From an uncultured Candidatus Saccharibacteria bacterium (GTDB lineage Bacteria; Patescibacteriota; Saccharimonadia; Saccharimonadales; 2-12-FULL-41-12), in NCBI GenBank assembly GCA_964615775.1, contig CAZTQB010000001.1, forward strand, positions 1-58,598: 58,598 nucleotides of DNA, read 5' to 3'. Numbering within the stretch: the first letter of the stretch is position 1; each line of letters starts with the position of its first letter. The notes below the pieces were generated by a model. It was given only the letters and a program-made list of their open reading frames with translations, made no database searches and had not been told where the DNA came from. Made by a program: the position numbers and the translations under genes. Positions 52,701 through 58,598 of this stretch are shown in pieces.

Positions 52701-53415
52701 AGAGCTTTTGGGTTTGTATTTAAGTAGTCACCCACTCAGTGAATATGAAGATTTTTTGAAAGAGAAATGTCTTAGCATTAAGTTGATTGAGCCAAATATG
52801 GATGGGAGGTCGGTCAAACTTGGTGGCTCAGTGGTTGATTTTAGGGAAATTACGACTAAAAATGGCAAAAAAATGGCGTTTGTGAAGATAGAAGATATGG
52901 CTTCCGAGGTTGAGCTAATTTTATTTCCAAATACCTATCAACAAACTGTTGGTATCTGGAATCGTGACACGGTAGTGTTGGTAAACGGTAAAATTTCATC
53001 TAAAGACCGCGATGGAAATTTGGGAAGTGAAGTAAAAATCTTAGTTGATGATGCTCGTGAGCTAACTACCGAGCAAGTCAAAAATTTTGTTGCTTCGGGT
53101 AAAAGTGTACGCAAGCCAAAGGCTACTGTAAAAGTATCAAAAAAAATAACCGAACCTAGTGATGACGAAAATGCTTCAAAAGAACCAAAAGACCAAAAAC
53201 TTTTTATCAGAGTAAAAAACACCGAGAATACTGAAAATTTACAAAAATTAAAGAGATTAATTGATGCAAGTCCAGGCAGGACAGTTGTAGTTTTGGTAGT
53301 TGGCGAAGATAACGCTAAGCAACTAGTAAGGGTGCCTTCGACTACTGGGTATAATGACGAGCTTCATAATAAACTTTCAGAAATTTTCTCGCCAGAGAAC
53401 ATAAAGCTTCATTAA
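49732..53415 (+). CDS. dnaE: DNA polymerase III alpha subunit
   Basis: PHP HLHNHTQYS, GRGSAAGS, PDVDID, KMDFLGL and OB fold. Confidence 0.98.
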   Translation: MENQKNKKKVTKAALKQADYVHLHNHTQYSLLDGLTKIPALIDRVKEFGMEAIAMTDHGTLSGAIEFYKTAKDGDIKPIIGMEGYVAKRKHTDKEASKDKQIYHLILLAMNNTGYQNLMRLSTIANLDGFYYKPRIDHELLEKYNEGLVILSGCMNGEVADFLNQNQYSEAKKVAQWYKSVFGDRYYIEIQDHGHPKHPSVWSQQTKVNDLAFKLAEELDIKTVITGDAHYLNHEDQEAHEILLCVQTGSFLSDEKRMSLKDFELHVADPKEVIERWGKQHPESILNTKEIADRCNVDIKLGEILIPKFPVPKGHTEESYLNEQVYRGLAWRYGGVEKQESEKLSIAAAKKLIPKEFLTRAEYELSVIGSMGFNGYFLIVSDFINWGKSKGIVFGPGRGSAAGSIVAYAIRITELDPMEYDLLFERFLNPDRISMPDVDIDIQDTRRDEVIQYCVEKYGSERVANIVTFGRMAARNAVRDVARVLQVPYAESDRMAKMIPPPVQGRHIPLEKSLKNNLDLKSEYESSTQSKQVFDLAIRIEGTIRSHGVHAAGVVIAPDEIVKFTPLEMAQKGVISTQYSMGPIEDLGLLKMDFLGLSNLTIVKNTLRIVRKVHGLDVDVSNLPLDDKKTYELLQKGDTTGVFQFESAGMKRYLKDLKPTVFGDIVAMGALYRPGPLSAGLTDSFIRRKNGQEKVSYDHPKMKEALKDTYGVLVYQEQFMQISREVCGFSGGEADTLRKAIGKKKRDIMLKMEKRFVEGAVENGIDRQLIEQFWSKLMGFADYCFNKSHSACYGMISYWTAYLKAHYPAAFMAALMTSDFDDIDRLAIEISECRHMGITVLSPDVNESFLEFAVINNDKSNAPPKIRFGMNAVKNVGRGAVEEILRAREINGKFASLEDFLTKVNVRIVNKKALESLIKSGAMDNLGNRSVLLHNIEALLAHASRLQKDLNSGQTDLFGGSQAGELLAPRLNLEESLPQFTLREQLIWERELLGLYLSSHPLSEYEDFLKEKCLSIKLIEPNMDGRSVKLGGSVVDFREITTKNGKKMAFVKIEDMASEVELILFPNTYQQTVGIWNRDTVVLVNGKISSKDRDGNLGSEVKILVDDARELTTEQVKNFVASGKSVRKPKATVKVSKKITEPSDDENASKEPKDQKLFIRVKNTENTENLQKLKRLIDASPGRTVVVLVVGEDNAKQLVRVPSTTGYNDELHNKLSEIFSPENIKLH

Positions 53416-54326
53416 TGAATAAAGCCTGCTGACTGACTAACAATCACCACTAAGGCCACAAAAGCCACTAGGGTTGCATCTAAAAGAGGGTGTTTCATTA
53501 TAAACTGCTCGCTACTGGATAGTGATTTTTTGATACCGCGGGCATGTTTGAGACCAAGATACATTACACACAAACCTGCAAAAAAGCCAAGAGCTATAGT
53601 AATCCAGGGCATCTTGCCGCCAGTTATCAGCTGAGCATAGCTGATGTTTGCGTTTGCCGAAAGTGAGCTTGAGCTTTTAGCAAATTCGCTAGCAACATTA
53701 AGCTGACTTTTGTTGTCTTGCGAGGCCAAAACTTCGGGTGATGGTAGGCCATACATAGCAACTACTATCGTTTCGTTGCCTTTACCTTGGAAATTCTCAG
53801 CATTGGCAACACCAAACCCTACCTCACTTAAGTTGTTGTCCAGAAGATTTGCTCGATGAGAGGCACTATTTAACCAACCAGAAACGACCGAGTTACTTGA
53901 ATTAAAACCGTAAGCCAAATTTTCGGCTGCTTTTAGGTAAGAGTAGTGAGTATTGTCAATAAATGTCCACGGTTCATTACCATCTGGAGTATTGTGCGAC
54001 CAATAATTACGCTTAACCATATCATCGGCCTTTGCTTGTGCAGCCTTATCAAGTTCTTTGTTGTGAGTAAGGTTAGAAAGATTATGCTCACTACGTGTTT
54101 TATTGGTTGCTTCTAAAAGCCCATTATCGGATATCTGGCTAGAGTAGCCTAAAACTTCGCTATTTTGGGACTGGTGACTAATATTACCAAAAGTTGATAA
54201 AAACAACCCTAATCCGACCATAACTATTAATGGCAAATAAGGTGCATAAGCCTTCAAAAACGCCTTGGAATGGCGTTCTTTATGATGGGCTTTATGGTAT
54301 TTTGGTTGTTTTTGTTTGAGTGGCAT
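53412..54326 (-). CDS. CAP (SCP) domain protein with TM segments
   Basis: L..AAQAKA.DM....YWSH, ENLA and WLNS..HRAN. Confidence 0.9.
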   Translation of the reverse strand: MPLKQKQPKYHKAHHKERHSKAFLKAYAPYLPLIVMVGLGLFLSTFGNISHQSQNSEVLGYSSQISDNGLLEATNKTRSEHNLSNLTHNKELDKAAQAKADDMVKRNYWSHNTPDGNEPWTFIDNTHYSYLKAAENLAYGFNSSNSVVSGWLNSASHRANLLDNNLSEVGFGVANAENFQGKGNETIVVAMYGLPSPEVLASQDNKSQLNVASEFAKSSSSLSANANISYAQLITGGKMPWITIALGFFAGLCVMYLGLKHARGIKKSLSSSEQFIMKHPLLDATLVAFVALVVIVSQSAGFIH

Positions 54327-54430
54327 AAGTATTTTCTTGCTACTATATTTATATCACAAAAGATTCTATCACGAAAGTTTTAAAGTCTAAGCTGTAACGG
54401 CTACATTAACTCTAGACTATAGGCTAAAAT

Positions 54431-54928
54431 TTACAATAAAGAGACGTGATAGAGTATTATGCCAGCGGCAACAGAGACGTTAAATGACTCTTTTTGGCCG
54501 AGCATCGGGATCTCGACTATTTCATCACATATTTTTAATAATTGGTCTGAAGTACCATGGACTTCTTCGCCTAAAAGTATGGCAACTTTTTCTGGAGCGT
54601 CAAAGTTTGGTAATTTTGTAGATTGTGTATGCTGCTCAAGAGCGATTAGCTTATAGCCATCTGCTTTTAATACATTTATCAATTCTTCTAAGTCTTTCAC
54701 AGGCTTAATCTCGACCAACTTTTCGGCTCCTAAAGCTGATTTGTGGATCTGCTTGTCAAGTTTTTCGGCAATATGCGGTAAGCGTATGTCTCCTTTGACT
54801 TTTGGGTATGGTGTGTAGCCACTGACAAAAAAAGTTTTTACACCAAAACCTTCGCAGGTTCGTATTATAGAGCCAACATTATGGGTGCTACGTATATTGT
54901 GTGCGATTATTACTACATTTTTCGTCAT
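54431..54928 (-). CDS. TrmH/SpoU family RNA methyltransferase
   Basis: N.RS..NVGSI.RT, LGEE..G and IPM.G.KESFNVSVAAG. Confidence 0.92.
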   Translation of the reverse strand: MTKNVVIIAHNIRSTHNVGSIIRTCEGFGVKTFFVSGYTPYPKVKGDIRLPHIAEKLDKQIHKSALGAEKLVEIKPVKDLEELINVLKADGYKLIALEQHTQSTKLPNFDAPEKVAILLGEEVHGTSDQLLKICDEIVEIPMLGQKESFNVSVAAGIILYHVSLL

Positions 54929-54973
54929 AAATAATAGTATACAACTCAGTACCTCTTATGTTTAAATATATAT

Positions 54974-56569
54974 ATGCAAGATGCTCGTAAAATGGAAGAG
55001 CAGTCCACACGTCGACGTTCACAAATTTTGGGTTTGAATTATTTTGATGCTTCTAGTCCAGACAAAAATTTGTATCAGGATATTTTAAGTAATGACGAAC
55101 TTAGAAATCTCCGGGTGGTACCGCTTTTTGCTGATCCACATAATATACAATTTGGTGTAACAAACACAACATCTCAGCAAACAATGAAAGCTTTGAGGCA
55201 GCGTTTTCAAGATCAGCGATTAGAGTTTTCGATGATTTCAGACACTAGTTTTGGTGAATATATGCGTCTGTATAATCCACCAAAGCAAATTGTCTATGAA
55301 GATGTAAAATTTGGCAACGACAGCGACAAAGATTTATACCAGAGAGTTACAGCTACGCTTGATAGTGTGTTGTCTGATGATGTTTTGGCTTACTTGGTAA
55401 AGCAATGTTACCAACTGAAAGGTTCGGATATTCATATTGAATGCCAAGAAAATGAGGTACGAATTAGGATTCGTGTTGATGGTGTTTTACATCCGATTGC
55501 AGGTATTTCGCACGAAAAATATCGCCAAGTTCTGTCATCAATTGCCATTGCTGCCAATGTAAGCACTGGTGACCCAGAGGCTCAGACTGGACACATTAAC
55601 GAAAAATATCGTTTAGCTACCGGTGAAGAAGTAGATATAAACTTACGTGTTGAGACTGTGCCAACGGTTTATGGCATAGATGTGGTTATGCGTTTGTTTA
55701 ATTTCAAGCTAGAATTTTTAAGGCTCGATAACTTAGGTCTAAATCAAGAAGAAAGAGCAGCAGTCGATGATGTAATTAAACATCCATCGGGTTTAGTTTT
55801 AGTAGTAGGGCCAACTGGTTCAGGTAAAACTACTACTCTATACTCCATTATTAACACGCTTAACACTGATGAACGCAAGATAATTACTCTTGAAGATCCG
55901 GTTGAATATTTTTTGCCTGGTGTTGTGCAGATTCCAGTCCATGGTGATCAAAATAAACTTGGTTTTGCCGAGAAACTGCGAGCAGTGCTACGCCTTGACC
56001 CAGATGTGTTGATGGTTGGAGAGATTCGTGATCAAGATACCGCTAAAACTGCCTTGCAGGCAGCTCTAACCGGACATTTAGTGTTGTCTACTTTTCATGC
56101 TAGCTCGTCAGCAGCCGCAGTGACTCGTATGCAAGATGCGATTGGCGTAAATCCGCTTTTTGCTTCGGCTTTACATCTAATTATGGCTCAGCGTTTGGTT
56201 CGTAAACTTGATGATTCTACTAAAATCGCTTATCAGCCAGATGATGCTCTTAAAAGTCAAATTCAGCAAATTATTGACACTTTGCCACCGCATTTTGAGC
56301 GGCCAAATATTGATAATTTGACTCTTTATAAGCCTGGTAGTTCTGAGGAAAATCCATTTGGATATAAGGGTCAAACTGCTTTACGTGAACAGTTTAGAAC
56401 ATCACCAGGTGTGCAGGAGCTATTGCGTCTGCCACCAGGTCAGTTGACTACCGATATGCTAGAAAAGCAGGCAATTCAGGATGGTATGACAACTATGCTG
56501 CACGATGGGGTTCTCAAGGTAGTTTCAGGCGAGACTACACTAGACGAAGTATTTAGGGTTGTCGGTTAA
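54974..56569 (+). CDS. GspE/PulE/PilB-family secretion ATPase
   Basis: SDIH, GPTGSGKTTT, EDPVE, LRLDPD..MVGEIRD and TGHLV. Confidence 0.93.
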   Translation: MQDARKMEEQSTRRRSQILGLNYFDASSPDKNLYQDILSNDELRNLRVVPLFADPHNIQFGVTNTTSQQTMKALRQRFQDQRLEFSMISDTSFGEYMRLYNPPKQIVYEDVKFGNDSDKDLYQRVTATLDSVLSDDVLAYLVKQCYQLKGSDIHIECQENEVRIRIRVDGVLHPIAGISHEKYRQVLSSIAIAANVSTGDPEAQTGHINEKYRLATGEEVDINLRVETVPTVYGIDVVMRLFNFKLEFLRLDNLGLNQEERAAVDDVIKHPSGLVLVVGPTGSGKTTTLYSIINTLNTDERKIITLEDPVEYFLPGVVQIPVHGDQNKLGFAEKLRAVLRLDPDVLMVGEIRDQDTAKTALQAALTGHLVLSTFHASSSAAAVTRMQDAIGVNPLFASALHLIMAQRLVRKLDDSTKIAYQPDDALKSQIQQIIDTLPPHFERPNIDNLTLYKPGSSEENPFGYKGQTALREQFRTSPGVQELLRLPPGQLTTDMLEKQAIQDGMTTMLHDGVLKVVSGETTLDEVFRVVG

Positions 56570-56608
56570 AGTGTAGACAAAAATCTACAAATATGTTATT
56601 ATACTAAT

Positions 56609-57160
56609 ATGGAAACATATGGTGAAGACTCCTATTTTAATCCAGAAAAAGAATCTAATATACAGGACTCGCCAGAAGCTTGGCGATATGACTTACGGAC
56701 TGGAGAATTTTTACCGTATAGTTTATCTGAAAAGCAACAAAGGCAAATTCTTGAGGAGCCATGGCTGTGTCCTGATTCAGACTGCAGTAATAATAAACAA
56801 ACAGTATTTGATACTGAGACACAAAAATCAATGTTTGGGTTTGATGTATCTGATAGAGAGAACGAACCTAAAATTGTAGATAGATTTTTCACTTACCCAT
56901 ATAGGTGGGACGAAAGAGAAGGGGATAGCTGGGATGTAGGATTGAGATGCCCGTGTTGCGAACTATTTATTGCATGTGTACTGAGTCAAAAAACCGTAGA
57001 AGTGTACGACGATATGCTAAATGAACAGGCTGAATGTTTTCTGGAGAGGATAAAAAGTTTTGCGAGACTACGATTTGGGCAAGATGCAGATAGAATTGCC
57101 GAAGCCATAAAGCATGGTGGTATAGAGCCAATGGACTTTAGGTCTTCAGACATTGATTAA
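56609..57160 (+). CDS. Hypothetical acidic protein with Cys clusters
   Basis: CP...C and CPCC motifs; no family recognised. Confidence 0.65.
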   Translation: METYGEDSYFNPEKESNIQDSPEAWRYDLRTGEFLPYSLSEKQQRQILEEPWLCPDSDCSNNKQTVFDTETQKSMFGFDVSDRENEPKIVDRFFTYPYRWDEREGDSWDVGLRCPCCELFIACVLSQKTVEVYDDMLNEQAECFLERIKSFARLRFGQDADRIAEAIKHGGIEPMDFRSSDID

Positions 57161-58290
57161 ATGATGACTTTGGCAATTTCTGGTACTAGTTTGTCATTTA
57201 AAACTGATGGGATTATTTCATTTTCTGATGGGTTTTTGACTAAGCTGGCAATTACTTCGGCCGCCTTGACTTTGTGGTCGTCGGTAATTTTTGCTACTCG
57301 GTTGTCTAATGCTCCGCGAAAAATACCAGGAAAAGCTACGGCATTGTTAACTTGGTTAGGGTAGTCACTGCGGCCAGTTGCCAAAATTGCCACACCAGCC
57401 TCACGAGCTAGCTCTGGACGTATTTCTGGGTTGGGATTGGCTAGAGCAAAAACAATTGGGTTTTTATTCATCGACTTAACCATTTTTTTGGTTAGTAGAT
57501 CGGCTTTAGATACTCCAACAAATATATCTGAATCTGTTAAAGCATCTTCTAGCGTACCATCAATTTCCTCGAAGTTAGAATACTTTAGTAGCTGCTTTTT
57601 CTCATTATTTAAATCTTTCCGATTTTTACTAACTATACCTTTGCTGTCGACAACTAACATCTGTGGCTGAGCATATCTGTGCAGCAATTTAATGATAGCT
57701 GTGCCAGCAGCTCCAGCACCGCTGATAACGATTTTACAGTCTTTTAGCTGGCGGTTGGTTACTTTCATAGCATTAATCAAGCCTGCTAGAACCACCGCCG
57801 CGGTGCCGTGCTGATCGTCATGAAAAACTGGAATATTTAAATCAGTTTTTAACCTTTCTTCGACTTCAAAACAGATTGGTGCAGCGATATCCTCGAGGTT
57901 AATAGCTCCGTAAGTCGGAGCGATAGCCTTGACTGCTGCCACAATCTCGTCGGCGGTATGTACATCTAGTACAACTGGCACTGAGTCAATACCTGCAAAG
58001 TGCTTAAACAGCATAGATTTGCCCTCCATAACTGGGAGAGCCGCTAACGGACCAATGTTGCCGAGACCTAAAACTGCTGAGCCATCTGACACAACGGCAA
58101 CCGTATTGTTAGTCCAGGTATATTCACGCGTTTGTTCAGGGTGTTTAGCTAAATGTTTGCTGACGGCCCCAACGCCCGGGCTATAGTAAGTACTTAAATC
58201 ATCTTTGGTATCCAGTTTAGCCTTAAGTTTGGTAGAGATTTTGCCTTTTAATTGCTTGTGTTTTTTTAATGCTTGCTCGTTATAATCCAT
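57157..58290 (-). CDS. NAD(P)-dependent malic enzyme
   Basis: DGSAVLGLG.IG, MEGK..LFK, INLEDI, HDDQHGT and GAGAAG. Confidence 0.95.
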   Translation of the reverse strand: MDYNEQALKKHKQLKGKISTKLKAKLDTKDDLSTYYSPGVGAVSKHLAKHPEQTREYTWTNNTVAVVSDGSAVLGLGNIGPLAALPVMEGKSMLFKHFAGIDSVPVVLDVHTADEIVAAVKAIAPTYGAINLEDIAAPICFEVEERLKTDLNIPVFHDDQHGTAAVVLAGLINAMKVTNRQLKDCKIVISGAGAAGTAIIKLLHRYAQPQMLVVDSKGIVSKNRKDLNNEKKQLLKYSNFEEIDGTLEDALTDSDIFVGVSKADLLTKKMVKSMNKNPIVFALANPNPEIRPELAREAGVAILATGRSDYPNQVNNAVAFPGIFRGALDNRVAKITDDHKVKAAEVIASLVKNPSENEIIPSVLNDKLVPEIAKVII

Positions 58291-58323
58291 TTGTATATTT
58301 TATCATGCTGTATACTTAGGTTC

Positions 58324-58598
58324 ATGGGAGTACGTATAGCTGGAAGCGGAATTGGTTTGCCGGAGACTAGTGTGCTAAACCAAGAGTTAGTAGGTAAGTA
58401 TGGTTACCCGATTAGTTCAGAGGATATTAGTGAAAAAATTGGTATTGATGAGCGAAGAATTGCTGAACTAGACGAGAGACTGGTGCCTATTGCTAGTATC
58501 GCAGCTAGAGCGGCGATAAAAAATGCTGGATTTAATGACCCAAGCGAATCAAAAATTGACCAGATTATTTTTGCTACTTGTACACCAGATGATGTGAT
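58324..58598 (+). CDS. Partial FabH/KAS III-like condensing enzyme (runs off window)
   Basis: My translation: MGVRIAGSGIGLPETSVLNQELVGKYGYPISSEDISEKIGIDERRIAELDERLVPIASIAARAAIKNAGFNDPSESKIDQIIFATCTPDDV. Confidence 0.75.
   Translation, partial: MGVRIAGSGIGLPETSVLNQELVGKYGYPISSEDISEKIGIDERRIAELDERLVPIASIAARAAIKNAGFNDPSESKIDQIIFATCTPDDV

Noticed and set aside
49732-53415. Possible intein or intron in dnaE (also checked uvrB, typA, pheT)
   Set aside because: Lengths and motif order are normal; no intein N/C-terminal or LAGLIDADG motifs seen.
368-58186. Numerous 60-130 aa ORFs antisense or out of frame within recognised genes (for example 1836-2189, 4643-5011, 9843-10175, 47751-48146, 52149-52514)
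   Set aside because: They are shadows of well-supported genes, with no independent start signals or motifs.

Overview
The window looks like a Patescibacteria (CPR) chromosome segment, most likely Saccharibacteria. This is inferred from the gene set, a Saccharibacteria-type pilin motif and pervasive leaderless promoters. It has two parts. (1) Positions 1 to ~10960 are visibly GC-richer and form the right part of an integrative mobile element abutting the 3' end of tRNA-Gln(UUG); its left end lies outside the window. It encodes a large serine recombinase, a putative directionality factor, an RHH protein, a replication-relaxation family protein and a partial FtsK-like gene. It also carries a minus-strand cargo operon of membrane proteins behind a C4-like attenuator leader. 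Its most notable part is a plus-strand array of five small unknown genes (5277-7304). The array is driven by two long imperfect hairpins with the geometry of single-stranded-DNA (Frpo-like) promoters, and every gene is followed by a covarying ~27-nt H-type pseudoknot motif that I cannot assign to a known family. This array is my best candidate for an undescribed system, probably a leading region for early anti-defence expression. (2) Positions ~11000-58598 are AT-rich host chromosome: typA, Fur/ZIP, rmuC, yajQ, pheS/pheT, a Grx-TrxR fusion, ppa-gap-rpiB-rpe-tkt-fba-pfkB, uvrB, gatCAB, galU, dnaE, a PilB-like ATPase, malic enzyme and a partial FabH-like gene. The carbon cluster is interrupted by a four-gene minus-strand island (Gre-like factor, P-loop kinase, 501-aa unknown, CYTH). 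All family assignments come from motif recognition by eye; no database searches or folding programs were run.
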